This document shows positions 1 to 15,500 of a DNA stretch of 64,000 bases, one piece after another (position 1 is the first letter of the stretch; each line of letters begins with the position of its first letter). The stretch is from Mytilus edulis (Eukaryota): positions 81,158,001-81,222,000 of the forward strand of contig NC_092355.1 of the NCBI RefSeq assembly GCF_963676685.1. Direction: 5' to 3'. The notes below the pieces were generated by a model, which was not told the DNA's origin, searched no databases, and worked only from the letters and a program-made list of their open reading frames with translations. The position numbers were made by a program, and so were the translations under genes.

Positions 1-330
1 AGATTATTACAACACGTGTCATATATAATATTGTTATCTCATGTCACAGGGTAGGTAAAAATAAAGATTATTACAACACGTGTCATATATAATATTGTTA
101 TCTCCATCCTAATGAAACTGACAGAAAACCACGTAAATCATACGTTTGAAATTTGTTAGACGTCATTACGCTTGTGCATATGTTTTCAAAGCAGCAATTG
201 TGAATTGATGCCATCAAAATTAAATAATAACTAATTATTCAATTAGTTTAATGTTCAAATGATGATACATTAGAATGTCAAATTGATTCCTCATAGTCTG
301 TGATGATCCAGTGATTTATTTATTCTTCAG

Positions 331-509
331 CTTCCAGTACAGGATCAGTAGCATTAGATACAACATCTTTCACCAAAACTAAAACACATTCCAGAAACAG
401 ATCTACATCTCAGAAACCCACCAATAAGAAGACAGATACAAAGGTCAAAGATCAGTGGGGCGAAAAACTGGCAGCCATGTTTCCTTTACTGAGGATGCTT
501 CAAGTACAT
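331..509 (+). CDS. VPS13B: VPS13B exon (window exon 1), ...WGEKLAAMFPLLRMLQVH
   Basis: ttcttcag acceptor, gtaagg donor, open frame, phase 1 to 0. Confidence 0.75.
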
Positions 510-3500
510 GTAAGGTTTTTTAAATAAAATAATAAAACAGAGATGAAAGTTGGCAAGAAATTGATATTGTTCAAAGATAAATGTTATTATTTGATAAACA
601 TTACTTTTAATATCAGATTAATACTAAAGCAGTATTAAGTACTAAAATCTATTTCCATGTGCCAAGTAGGAACCTAGTCAGTAGTTGAAACATTCTGATA
701 TTTTTATGATCATTTCTGTTTTAATAGTTTTATACATGTTTTGATATCTTAAATAATCTTATAATACAAGTGATATAATCCACTAATCACAACTTAACCT
801 GACAGAACCTTGTTATTCAAATTTTAGATAGAGGCTCAAAGTTGTGCTATATTTATCAACCAATCACCACTTAACCTATAGCTAACAGACCCTTGTTATT
901 CAATATTTCAGATAGAGGTTAAAAGTTGTGCTATATATATCCACCAATCATCACTAAACATGACTTGTCACAGAATAAAAGTTCCATCATAATATAAGTT
1001 CCAAAAGGAAAAAATATTCTGGAACATTATTTCCACAGGAATAAATATTACAGAATATGTTCCTAACGGAATAAATGGTATAGAATATTTGTTCCAACAT
1101 GAATAGATATTATTACAATATTTATAAGATCTTATAACAAAGTTTTCATTGGAACTTCTGTTAGGTGGTACAAATATACGTTGACAAACTGACCTTAGTT
1201 ATTCAATATTTCAGATAGAGGTTAAAAGGTGTGCTATATTTCTCTACCAATCACCACTTAACCTGACAGTCCCTGGTTATTTAATATTTCTGATAGAGGT
1301 TAAAAGTTGTGTTTAAAATATTTATCAATCAATCATCACTAAACCTGACAAAACCTTTGTTTTTTTAATATTTCAGATAGAGGTTAAAAGTTGTGCTATA
1401 TTTATCCACCAATCACCTTTACACCTGACAGAACCCAGTGTAGACATTTCCCAGAATCTGATGTCAGCTGTTACATCTAATACGCTACCTCCCACTTTAG
1501 TGGTCTGTCTACCACAGATTCACATCACTAGTTCTGGTATGAAATCTACGTCCTGTATACAGGAGATACCTGTTAACTCTATGGAAGGATCGTTAGTTGG
1601 TAAGGTTATATTGCACAATGAAAAAGATATTTTAAGCCAGTTTTTCCTTAAATCATGAGTTTATGTTTCATGCAAGTGTAGAGGGAATCATACACAGAAA
1701 CAAGAACACAAATATTAATGGACTTATTGTAACAGACAACATTATATTGAAGAAGCATTGTTTCATAATTTAATTAAAAGACCCATTACATAAGTTTAAC
1801 TGTTGTGAAATTTTTGTTATTCTCAAATAAGGAAATATATATAACAAAAGCAAATAAAATTTATTATATACTGTTTATTCATTATTATTCATGTGATATC
1901 AATTTTCATTGATTTTGTGGATAAAGAATGTAGCAATACTTAAATAAAAAAAAAAGAATTGAGAATAGAATGGGGCAATGAGACAAGAACCTAACCAAAG
2001 AGTAAAAATCAATTGAAGGCCAATAGCAGGGATCGACAATAACACTTGTCTGATAGTCATGTACCAGAGTAAAAAAAGGTTGGACCTGTAAAAGCTTGTC
2101 CCACAAAACAAGAAAAATAGTCCTGTATAAAATAAATTAAATTCAACTTGTTGATCACAAAAAACAGAAAAAGAAGGTAAAACAAATTATTATATTTTTG
2201 TGTAACCATTATTTATTATACAGGAGAGAAGTTGCCATGGAGAATGGTATTGAATCATTTTTGTGTACATACGATACTCTCTAAACAGACTGTAGTACCA
2301 ATCATAAAACCTACGACTGTCAGCTGTACAATCGGTGTCACCACAAAGTATAACCCTCCCACGTCAGACAATATATCATCTCTAGGACTGTGTTTACATA
2401 CTGATATGCATGCCGTTGTCATGGCGATATCTAAATCTCAGGTATATTACATCAGTTTCAAGGTGACACACTTTTGACCTTGAAACTTAACATATCAGTT
2501 TATTTGTTAACACTTTACTTCTCTATTTTCATTGTACTGTGCAAAAATTTCTTTCACAAAATTTGTTTTGATTAGACTTAAATACATGGAACTTCTCTGT
2601 TTAACACAAATTCTTTTGGTGGAACACATCTTAATATGGGTAAGAAAAGCAAGACAGTCATTACAACTAAATATTACTAGCCATCACAATAGAAAAATGA
2701 CATTAGTGTCCCTTAATGAATTTATAATCCTATTCATTAGACATGATAAAATCAAACAAAAGTTTGAAAGGATTGCAAATTTTACAATGTTTGCAATTTG
2801 TGATGCCAAATAATGGCTCTCCTCAAATTGCTTTTTTTGTAAATTCTGAGAAATGAATTCAATATAAGTATAAATCATTAAAGATTATAACCTTGTACTC
2901 CTGATGTGTGTTTCATCTACAAAAGACTCATCAGTCACGATCTAATCAAAATCATAAAAGACTCATCAGTCACGATCCAATCAAAATCATAAAAGACTCA
3001 TCAGTCACGATCCAATCAAAATCATAAAAAGCCAAAATCAAGAAGAAAATAATATGTGGTGTTAAATAGTCTTAAAATCACTAAAAATGTCAACCACTAT
3101 TAAATATATTACTTTAACAGTACTTACAAAATAAACAAACCCAATGAATCATTCCAGAACATTCTTATTTCTCTGTTATTTTTATATATAAAAAAGAAGA
3201 TGTGGTATGATTGCCAATGAGACAGCTATCCACAAAAGACCAAAATGACACAGACATTAACAACTATAGGTCACCGTACGGCCTTTAACAAAGAGCAAAG
3301 CCCATACCGCATAGTGAGCTATAAAAGGCCCCGATAAGACAATGTAAAACAATTCAAACGAGAAAACTAACGGCCTTATTTATGTAAAAAAATGAAAAAA
3401 AAACAAATATGTAACACATAAACAAACGACAATCACTGAATTACAGGCTCCTGACTTGGGACAGGCACATACATAAATAATGTGGCGGGGTTAAACATGT

Positions 3501-6500
3501 TAGCGGGATCCCAACCCTCCCCTAACCTGGGACAGTGGTATAACAGTACAACATAAGAACGAACAATAAAAATCAGTTGAAAAAGGCTAAACTCATCAGA
3601 TGGACAAAAATACAAGTGGACGTGGCCGGGTACTTATACATCCCGACACAAAAAGACACAATAAACAGATCTGAGAGTACTCGCAGTTATCTGACAGCTA
3701 GTTCAGATGGCAATTTGTTTGTTTGCAGATAGTTTTATGTAGCAGTTTATTAAATCAGCTGACAGGACTATTTGGTATGGTAATGTCTTTAATCAAATCA
3801 CTACACAAATCAGAACAGACGGTTACACCTACAACAGACCCACCAGACTTATCAGAAATAGCCCTCCCAGAACCAACACCCCTAGGTCAGTCACGAGACT
3901 ACACAGGGATGACAGAAACTGAGACATCAGATGTCACATCACGAGAACCAACACCTAACCGTGACCTTGAAAAGTCACCAGACAAAGTCAAACTGTCACT
4001 ATGGTTACAATGGACACTTCCAAAGCTGGAGTTGAGATTATATAGTGAGGCTATCACTAAAGAAAGTAAGTACATGAACTTTTCGGACCTTAAAGGTCAA
4101 TTCTTCCTGTAATGGATCACAAAATGTTAAAAAAAAAAGTTAAAAGAAAAAAAAATATGCTACTGGATTCATTTATTTTCGTGGGTACTAATTCTGTTGA
4201 TTGCAGAAATTTTCCTTTTTTGTGTATATGTAATTTCAAGGTTTTGTCAAAGTCTGCATATGTGATAGAAAATTTGTACTGTTTTGAACATTGAAATTTG
4301 TGGTTCACCTGTACCCACAAAAACCACAAAAATTCATATCCCACGAATAATAATGAATCCACAGTAATTGAAAAAGATGAGTTGAAAGAAAAAAAAAAAG
4401 GACCAAGACCCAAGGAAGAGGCAAACTATCCTGTCCACAAAATACTTCAGTAGAAACTTTTAGACAAAGAGATTAACCATAATCACATGACTAAAGGCAA
4501 ACTATCCTGTCCACAAAATACTTCAGTAGAAACTTTTAGACCAAGAGATTAACCATAATCACATGACTAAAGGCCAACTATCCTGTCCACAAAATACTTC
4601 AGTAGAAACTTTTAGACCAAGAGATTAACCATAATCACATGACTAAAGGCCAACTATCCTGTCCACAAAATACTTCAGTAGAAACTTTTAGACCAAGAGA
4701 TTAACCATAATCACATGACTAAAGGCAAACTATCCTGTCCACAAAATACTTCAGTAGAAACTTTTAGACCAAGAGATTAACCATAATCACATGACTAAAG
4801 GCAAACTATCCTGTCCACAAAATACTTCAGTAGAAACTTTTAGACCAAGAGATTAACCATAATCACATGACTAAAGGCAAACTATCCTGTCCACAAAATA
4901 CTTCAGTAGAAACTTTTAGACCAAGAGATTAACCATAATCACATGACTAAAGGCAAACTATCCTGTCCACAAAATACTTCAGTAGAAACTTTTAGACCAA
5001 GAGATTAACCATAATCACATGACTAAAGGCAAACTATCCTGTCCACAAAATACTTCAGTAGAAACTTTTAGACCAAGAGATTAACCATAATCACATGACT
5101 AAAGGCAAACTATCCTGTCCACAAAATACTTCAGTAGAAACTTTTAGACCAAGAGATTAACCATAATCACATGACTAAAGGCCAACTATCCTGTCCACAA
5201 AATACTTCAGTAGAAACTTTTAGACCAAGAGATTAACCATAATCACATGACTAAAGGCCAACTATCCTGTCCACAAAATACTTCAGTAGAAACTTTTAGA
5301 CCAAGAGATTAACCATAATCACATGACTAAAGGCAAACTATCCTGTCCACAAAATACTTCAGTAGAAACTTTTAGACCAAGAGATTAACCATAATCACAT
5401 GACTAAAGGCAAACTATCCTGTCCACAAAATACTTCAGTAGAAACTTTTAGACCAAGAGATTAACCATAATCACATGACTAAAGGCAAACTATCCTGTCC
5501 ACAAAATACTTCAGTAGAAACTTTTAGACCAAGAGATTAACCATAATCACATGACTAAAGGCAAACTATCCTGTCCACAAAATACTTCAGTAGAAACTTT
5601 TAGACCAAGAGATTAACCATAATCACATGACTAAAGGCAAACTATCCTGTCCACAAAATACTTCAGTAGAAACTTTTAGACCAAGAGATTAACCATAATC
5701 ACATGACTAAAGGCCAACTATCCTGTCCACAAAATACTTCAGTAGAAACTTTTAGACCAAGAGATTAACCATAATCACATGACTAAAGGCAAACTATCCT
5801 GTCCACAAAATACTTCAGTAGAAACTTTTAGACCAAGAGATTAACCATAATCACATGACTAAAGGCAAACTATCCTGTCCACAAAATACTTCAGTAGAAA
5901 CTTTTAGACAAAGAGATTAACCATAATCACATGACTAAAGGCAAACTATCCTGTCCACAAAATACTTCAGTAGAAACTTTTAGACCAAGAGATTAACCAT
6001 AATCACATGACTAAAGGCAAACTATCCTGTCCACAAAATACTTCAGTAGAAACTTTTAGACCAAGAGATTAACCATAATCACATGACTAAAGGCCAACTA
6101 TCCTGTCCACAAAATACTTCAGTAGAAACTTTTAGACCAAGAGATTAACCATAATCACATGACTAAAGGCAAACTATCCTGTCCACAAAATACTTCAGTA
6201 GAAACTTTTAGACCAAGAGATTAACCATAATCACATGACTAAAGGCAAACTATCCTGTCCACAAAATACTTCAGTAGAAACTTTTAGACCAAGAGATTAA
6301 CCATAATCACATGACTAAAGGCAAACTATCCTGTCCACAAAATACTTCAGTAGAAACTTTTAGACAAAGAGATTAACCATAATCACATGACTAAAGGCAA
6401 ACTATCCTGTCCACAAAATACTTCAGTAGAAACTTTTAGACCAAGAGATTAACCATAATCACATGACTAAAGGCAAACTATCCTGTCCACAAAATACTTC

Positions 6501-9500
6501 AGTAGAAACTTTTAGACCAAGAGATTAACCATAATCACATGACTAAAGGCAAACTATCCTGTCCACAAAATACTTCAGTAGAAACTTTTAGACCAAGAGA
6601 TTAACCATAATCACATGACTAAAGGCAAACTATCCTGTCCACAAAATACTTCAGTAGAAACTTTTAGACCAAGAGATTAACCATAATCACATGACTAAAG
6701 GCAAACTATCCTGTCCACAAAATACTTCAGTAGAAACTTTTAGACCAAGAGATTAACCATAATCACATGACTAAAGGCAAACTATCCTGTCCACAAAATA
6801 CTTCAGTAGAAACTTTTAGACCAAGAGATTAACCATAATCACATGACTAAAGGCAAACTATCCTGTCCACAAAATACTTCAGTAGAAACTTTTAGACCAA
6901 GAGATTAACCATAATCACATGACTAAAGGCAAACTATCCTGTCCACAAAATACTTCAGTAGAAACTTTTAGACCAAGAGATTAACCATAATCACATGACT
7001 AAAGGCAAACTATCCTGTCCACAAAATACTTCAGTAGAAACTTTTAGACCAAGAGATTAACCATAATCACATGACTAAAGGCAAACTATCCTGTCCACAA
7101 AATACTTCAGTAGAAACTTTTAGACCAAGAGATTAACCATAATCACATGACTAAAGGCCAACTATCCTGTCCACAAAATACTTCAGTAGAAACTTTTAGA
7201 CCAAGAGATTAACCATAATCACATGACTAAAGGCCAACTATCCTGTCCACAAAATACTTCAGTAGAAACTTTTAGACCAAGAGATTAACCATAATCACAT
7301 GACTAAAGGCCAACTATCCTGTCCACAAAATACTTCAGTAGAAACTTTTAGACCAAGAGATTAACCATAATCACATGACTAAAGGCCAACTATCCTGTCC
7401 ACAAAATACTTCAGTAGAAACTTTTAGACCAAGAGATTAACCATAATCACATGACTAAAGGCCAACTATCCTGTCCACAAAATACTTCAGTAGAAACTTT
7501 TAGACCAAGAGATTAACCATAATCACATGACTAAAGGCCAACTATCCTGTCCACAAAATACTTCAGTAGAAACTTTTAGACCAAGAGATTAACCATAATC
7601 ACATGACTAAAGGCAAACTATCCTGTCCACAAAATACTTCAGTAGAAACTTTTAGACCAAGAGATTAACCATAATCACATGACTAAAGGCAAACTATCCT
7701 GTCCACAAAATACTTCAGTAGAAACTTTTAGACCAAGAGATTAACCATAATCACATGACTAAAGGCAAACTATCCTGTCCACAAAATACTTCAGTAGAAA
7801 CTTTTAGACCAAGAGATTAACCATAATCACATGACTAAAGGCCAACTATCCTGTCCACAAAATACTTCAGTAGAAACTTTTAGACCAAGAGATTAACCAT
7901 AATCACATGACTAAAGGCAAACTATCCTGTCCACAAAATACTTCAGTAGAAACTTTTAGACCAAGAGATTAACCATAATCACATGACTAAAGGCAAACTA
8001 TCCTGTCCACAAAATACTTCAGTAGAAACTTTTAGACAAAGAGATTAACCATAATCACATGACTAAAGGCAAACTATCCTGTCCACAAAATACTTCAGTA
8101 GAAACTTTTAGACCAAGAGATTAACCATAATCACATGACTAAAGGCAAACTATCCTGTCCACAAAATACTTCAGTAGAAACTTTTAGACCAAGAGATTAA
8201 CCATAATCACATGACTAAAGGCCAACTATCCTGTCCACAAAATACTTCAGTAGAAACTTTTAGACCAAGAGATTAACCATAATCACATGACTAAAGGCAA
8301 ACTATCCTGTCCACAAAATACTTCAGTAGAAACTTTTAGACCAAGAGATTAACCATAATCACATGACTAAAGGCAAACTATCCTGTCCACAAAATACTTC
8401 AGTAGAAACTTTTAGACCAAGAGATTAACCATAATCACATGACTAAAGGCAAACTATCCTGTCCACAAAATACTTCAGTAGAAACTTTTAGACAAAGAGA
8501 TTAACCATAATCACATGACTAAAGGCAAACTATCCTGTCCACAAAATACTTCAGTAGAAACTTTTAGACCAAGAGATTAACCATAATCACATGACTAAAG
8601 GCAAACTATCCTGTCCACAAAATACTTCAGTAGAAACTTTTAGACCAAGAGATTAACCATAATCACATGACTAAAGGCAAACTATCCTGTCCACAAAATA
8701 CTTCAGTAGAAACTTTTAGACCAAGAGATTAACCATAATCACATGACTAAAGGCAAACTATCCTGTCCACAAAATACTTCAGTAGAAACTTTTAGACCAA
8801 GAGATTAACCATAATCACATGACTAAAGGCAAACTATCCTGTCCACAAAATACTTCAGTAGAAACTTTTAGACCAAGAGATTAACCATAATCACATGACT
8901 AAAGGCAAACTATCCTGTCCACAAAATACTTCAGTAGAAACTTTTAGACCAAGAGATTAACCATAATCACATGACTAAACGTTTTTAATCTACAAATTGT
9001 ATTTACTTGAATGGCAAAGTAAAACTTTAATGTAGTACCCTGTTGGAAATGGTAGAAAATAATATGAAAGTAACCTCAGTAGTAGCTATATATACGAAAT
9101 TAGATTGTGTATAAAATTATACTGGGTGCATGTCTTAAGAAAGCATAGAGAGGGGAAATTTTCCTATAGATTCTCCTATAGATAATATTTTAGAATATTA
9201 ATTATATTTTAGGTAGTAGAGTGACCTTAACCTCAGATGATTTGACCTTGTCATTAGATGTAGAACAAGTTTATACCAAGGCCAAGGTTAAATGTGGGTC
9301 TTGCAATGCTCATATCTACAATAAAAGTAAAACAAGGTAAAATTGTAAATTATCACATATAGTTCTCTTGAATACTTTTGAAAATTTCAAAATTCTGACT
9401 ATGAAAAAAAAAAAGAATTCTTTGTACATTGTATGTGTAACAGCTTTAAGATTGAATAATAACGCCAAATTTAAATTCAAATAAATGTTTAATTTCTTTA

Positions 9501-12500
9501 GTTTTTTTCAAATGATAATATTCCTCTTTTGAATAAAGTAGTAAATGCCTAAAATGAAATTATCATACAACAGGATCAGAGAGGATCATAATATGGTTTA
9601 GAATGACTACTTTCTCTAGTTCAGGCATATTTCAATATACTTGATTAAGAGCATGTCATAGCTCCAAACTTTACGTTTACAAGTATCAAATGAAAAAAAA
9701 AAAAAATCATAATGAAATTCATTTATTAATGTTTTTTGTCTCTTTACCAGTAACCAATGGGATGAAGGTTCTTACTTAGGAATACTGATGACCTGCCAGA
9801 AGGAAATACCACATGACATTCACATAATCTCTAACAAAATGTGGTCAGCTGACCAACATACTCTTTCTAACTTCCCTTCTAGAGAAGCTACAACAAGAGA
9901 TGTAACTCACAGCTTTCTCAATTTCACTTTCACAAGAGCACTGTGTAAAAATGTGGCCAAGAAAATGAGGAAGTTAAACGATGATTTAGCGGACATGGGA
10001 AGTATAGGGGATGGTTCTGAGTCACATGACCTGTATTTTCATAAGTATATATGTGAAGTGTGTTTAACTATTGAACCATTTGATTTGATATTCCAAGCAC
10101 CTGCTGTGAACACAATTCTAGATTGTTTTAATATATCAAAAGGGAAATCATCAAAATCTAAAGACAAGAAATCAGAATATGTGTTAAAGTCTAATACACC
10201 AAAGCAGTCATTACCGATCCTGACAGCTGGTAACTTACCATTAATCTACATCAACATGTCAAGTGTAAGACTACTCATACCAAAGGTACAAAGTTCTAAT
10301 AAACAAGAGACTGACAGCAGTCTATCAGAGCCTGACTTGTTAGACCAGGATATCTTGATGGCATGTTTCCAGTCCATGTCTGTTGTACCTCAGGCTGATA
10401 ACCCACTGCCCAGGCATCCAACAGATAAGGAGCTATATCATAGAGCACTTCACGCTAACCTGACACATCAACCAGGGTCAGCCATAGAGAATAGACAATA
10501 TCAGATAGATGTTAAAGGCATCTCCATGAGTACAGGTAGTTATCATGAAGCCTTATTGATGCAATAGTCTTGATGATGATTTAAATCATAAACAGATTCA
10601 GATTGGAGAAACAAATGAGAATTAATAAAGATTAACAGCTTATCTTATACAATCACAACAATTAACAAACGTTCTATTATGTTCTTAATTTTTTTTTGAA
10701 TAAGTCATCATCAAGAATTTTTTTGAGCCAAAAATTAGAAAATTAAAGTGAAGATTTAGCAAAACAAATTGTTGATTACCAGCAAAAACAGATAAAAAGT
10801 AACTTAAATCTTTGTAGTATCCAGCCAACCGATTTGTTGTGAACTGAAAAAAGAATGAAAAGTAAAAAATCTTTTCCGGAATTAAAATATTCAAGGGATG
10901 ATATAAATTCAAACTAATTTAAAGAAAAGTTATACATGAAAACTGTTTATTGAACAGGAAGTTGGGCAGATTTTGTGGACAGAGTGAAGCATGATGGGAG
11001 ATTAGTTAACCAGCCTGCTGTACAGATACCTGCTTTAGAATGGAACACTGCAGACAAACATTTCAGGTCAATAATAATGTCACTTATTTCTTATAAGTAC
11101 AATGGGTAGACATGTATTGAATTTTTGTGTCCTTGGGTTGCTTTTATATGTACCTTATTTATTGATTAGACATGTTAGAAGCAACCCTAAAATATACTAC
11201 ATAGAAAATAAATATCAATATACGTATTTTCTGTAATTATTACAAATATAATCTTGAAATTCAATTATAATGCCAGTAATGCCTACTACTAATGGTCAGA
11301 ATAGAAATATAATGAATACTCATCCAAATCTGTCTGTTATAGGATATAATATGTTCAATAGATGGCTTTTGTTGGGATTTTTGTGTAATACTGTAGTTGA
11401 CTTATATAACACATCTCTTTTCCATGAAATCTTTGATTGTTCACTTGAATACTACAATAATTCAGATAATAAATTTTCTAACAATTTTACAATTTATTGA
11501 ACAATATGCATTGCAAGAAAGCAAGAGTTATCTCCCATATACCACAACTTGAATTTTCATACAAATGATTTGGATATTTGCAGAAAACCTAAGGAGGATA
11601 TTGAGTTACTGCCCTTGGTAACTGGTGTTGATGTTAAGATAGTAGCTGCTCCTGCTATTGTATACCAAACACCAGGTGTCACTGACTGCAGTATTTCGAA
11701 GGTATGTATACTATCAATGATTTAACAGTATCATTACTACCCTATATTAACCAGACTCTTAAGGATTTATAGAGTTGTGGCCCTTATTTACTGTTGACAT
11801 AGTTTCTAATGTATTCACAGAATAATAATTGGTTTATTAGAGGTAAAAATACCCCAAAAGATTCTAATTAAATTCAGAGGTACATTTTAAAAATATTGCA
11901 TTGTCATAAATGAGGACAATTTGATAAAGCAAGACTTTTTTTACGTTTTTTATATCCCTTCTCCAATATTTATATAAGGTACACATTTTTAACATTATTT
12001 ATAATTGAAAAAAACATAAAGACAGAGGAAAAATTCAGATTTGTACTTTTTAAATACTTCTTTATTCCAAAACTGTGTCATGGATATAAAAAAATAGAAA
12101 ATCATATATTGAAAGAGAATAAATTAGATAACATTATTCAACTCTTACAACTGAGAAGAGGAGATTTATTTAATGTTTATTTATTTTTTTAAAAAGGGAG
12201 GAGTCATTCTTTTACTCTGACTTGACATGATTTGTATTTCAGATTTTAGTTTGTGGACATGCTTTAGAAATGAACTTCACCAATGACCTTGACATTTATG
12301 TCAGTACAAACCAGGTCAAGTTAATGTCAGAGATAACTATACAAACAATGGCTAAACTCAGAGAAACAAGGAAAGACGATCTTATAGAAGAGACTGTTGA
12401 CAGAGCAGATTTATCAGGAAGTGGATCAGATATTATAGTAGCCGACAGTGGAATAGAGAGTGATGTATCCACTATAACGGGGAGAAAGGTCAAGGACAAG

Positions 12501-15500
12501 AATCCTGATGTCGTCATGACACCACATGATTTAGACATGAGGTCAAAGGTCATCACACCATTAGATATTCTTTTGACAGCCAGTAGAATATCAGTGATAA
12601 CATACACACATAAACACAACAAAGACCAGAGACATAAAGTCAAACTAGCCGAGACCCCAGATCTGACAAGGTCACCATCAGGGAAGCACACGTTTATAAA
12701 ACTAGATGTGCCTGACCCTGACGATACAACCCAGCTGTCTGTCGATCCATTCCTTTATGTTTACATATCACAACCTCATACAGTATTATCATGTCATCAA
12801 AGTCAACAGAAGTTTGAGATGTCTTGTTATGATGTTCTTGTCAAGGGGTCGTCTTTACAGTCAGCTTTACAGTCAGCTCATTTAGGTAAAAAATTAATGG
12901 TCTAATTTATCACTTATATTATTATTTGATATGAAACTCTAAATAGATTATGATGTTCTTGTTAAGGGGTTGTGTCTTTTCCGTCAGTACATCTAGGTAA
13001 GAAATAGTCATATTTTTCACTTATATTATTATTTATTAACATCAAGTTTTGGAAATATTTTCAGGAACAAAATAGCTTATAATTTTAAATGTTAGCAAAG
13101 TTGAAAGTTTTGTGGAGATTTTTTTTCAGTGATATATTTAAAATTATTTATCAGTAAAATATATCAACCCATTTAAAAAAAAATTGTATGATATAGTCTA
13201 TAAACAACCATATAAAAAGCCAATATGTAAAAAGGTACAATTTGGCATCTTAAAACAGGTTAATTATGATTTGACCAAATTTTTCTTTTTATATAGACAT
13301 GAAGACCATACCAAAGACAACAGATTTCAATGTGTATTGGTTTGAAACCAGACCCGGAAAACCTCATCCAAAAACAGGAATACCCCCAAGTCTATATACA
13401 CTAAAAATAGAGGACTTTCTAATCGATCCAGGTAATTCTATTTAAAGAAAAACACCCATGGTCCAGGTAATTTCTTATAAGGAAATGCCACAAAGTTTAT
13501 CATACTCTAACCATATGTATACATGTATATACACTGAAAGTAGAACATCTCTAAAATCTCTTTCCTCATGTACACTATTATTCCCCCAAAGCTTGTGTCC
13601 AATTATTGCAATGTTTTTCACACCAGAAAAATAACAAAATAGATTTCACTGTTCACAATTAAAATTTTAATGAGGAAAATTATACATGCAACTTTCTTTT
13701 AACATAGGGACAGTATAAAGGTAACACATGGATAGATATGAAATTAACCACAAACATCAAGGAGAGAAAAACAAACATTGTGTGATATTAGAATATCTTT
13801 GTATATTATGAATAGTATTAATATAATGTTATATCTTTAGCAATTATTTTATGAATAGTATTAATATAATATTTTATCTTTAGCAATTATTTTATGATCT
13901 TTAGCAATTATTTTATGAATAGTATTAATATAATATTTTATCGTTAGCAATTATTTTATGAATAGTATTAATATAATATTTTATCTTTAGCAATTATTTT
14001 ATGAATAGTATTAATATAATATTTTATCTTTAGCAATTATTTTATGAATAGTATTAATATAATATTTTATCTTTAGCAATTATACATCTAAGATTAGACA
14101 GGCCACTAAAGGTGAACTTCAGTCTGGATAAGATTGACCATGTTAAATATTTCATCTCTGAGATTGTCCCTCAGACAAAATCCTCTGAGAGACCACCCAG
14201 AACTGAGAAGACAACAACAGAGCATGCTCCTGATCCATTCCAAGGTAAAGAAGAATTAGATTAACTTGTTTATAAACGTCCAGTGTTTTGGTTAAAGGAT
14301 GTACTTATGTAAGCTATAGAAATTTTTTGTCAAATGTTCAGACTCCCTGATTTTTTTTTCAAAGATATCTGGGTAAATTATTTTGCCCCTTAACATACAC
14401 TTTTCTTTTTGTATAAGACTTCAACAGCTCAAAAAAAGGTTGTTTACCAAAATTTAAGCAGATTCTAGATTTCTTTTCTTACGAATTCAGATCATAATAA
14501 TGGCCATGCCTAATATAAGATAAAAGTCAAGAATCAGCCTTTACTTTCCATTTAAAAAAAAAGTATCTCAATAAGGAGATCCATAACCTATCAATATTTT
14601 GAGCGTATTTTGTTCCATAACTAATGCTCTTCTGACTTATGATAACAATTTTAAATTCTAGATTTTTTCAAATTTCACTTAAGAACATCCTTAAGTCAAT
14701 TTGAAAATCTTTCCAGTAACAATTGAGAGGGTGGTAAAGGGTTATTTTCGTGCAACGTGATCGCCATTTTTTATTTCACGTTCAACGTGTTTTTACTTTA
14801 TTTATTTGACGTTCAGACGTGCAAGACAGTTGCCTCGTTCAACGTGTTCTTCTTATTTAATTTTACGTGCATCGTGATATTCAAATTCTTATTTTGCGTG
14901 CTCGGTAATTTTCAAATAAATTTCAAACGCTAGGCAGGGATCGTGAAGAAAAAATTGATTAAGGTGGAAAGACCTATTATGTTGTTCTTTTATTTGCATT
15001 TTAAAAGTTCAGACTATTGATAAATATTTTATTAAAAGCCATAAATCATTTCTAGCATAAAAGTGTATACTAAATAGGGAATAATATGTAAAACAGAGAG
15101 TTTATATATACAAGAGGACAGTGACATAGTCACAAAAGATTCACATCAAAGTCTTTATTTTTCGTGCAATGTTCATGACACAAATTATTTCACGCTCATC
15201 GTGAACTGATGTCTTATTTCCAGTTTTTCCGTACAAGCACCCCCCTTTACCACCTTCAATTGAGATAAGAAGTATAACAATGGTTTTCCTTTGACAAACT
15301 GGTTGTTTCAGAGTATTGAAGTGTTGATGAACTTGGTTATATTATAAAGATGAACATTTATATAATGTGATAGCAGAAAGTTTAAATGGATATTGATGTT
15401 TTTTACTTTTGCTGTTCAGGAGTTATGGCTCTTGATTGATTGATAAATAGTACTTAAGTCATCCAATATGACAACTTTAGAACAATTTAACGAATACTTT

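Noticed and set aside
4420-8979. CRISPR or coding repeat
   Set aside because: Head-to-tail identical units with no spacers and no long ORF.
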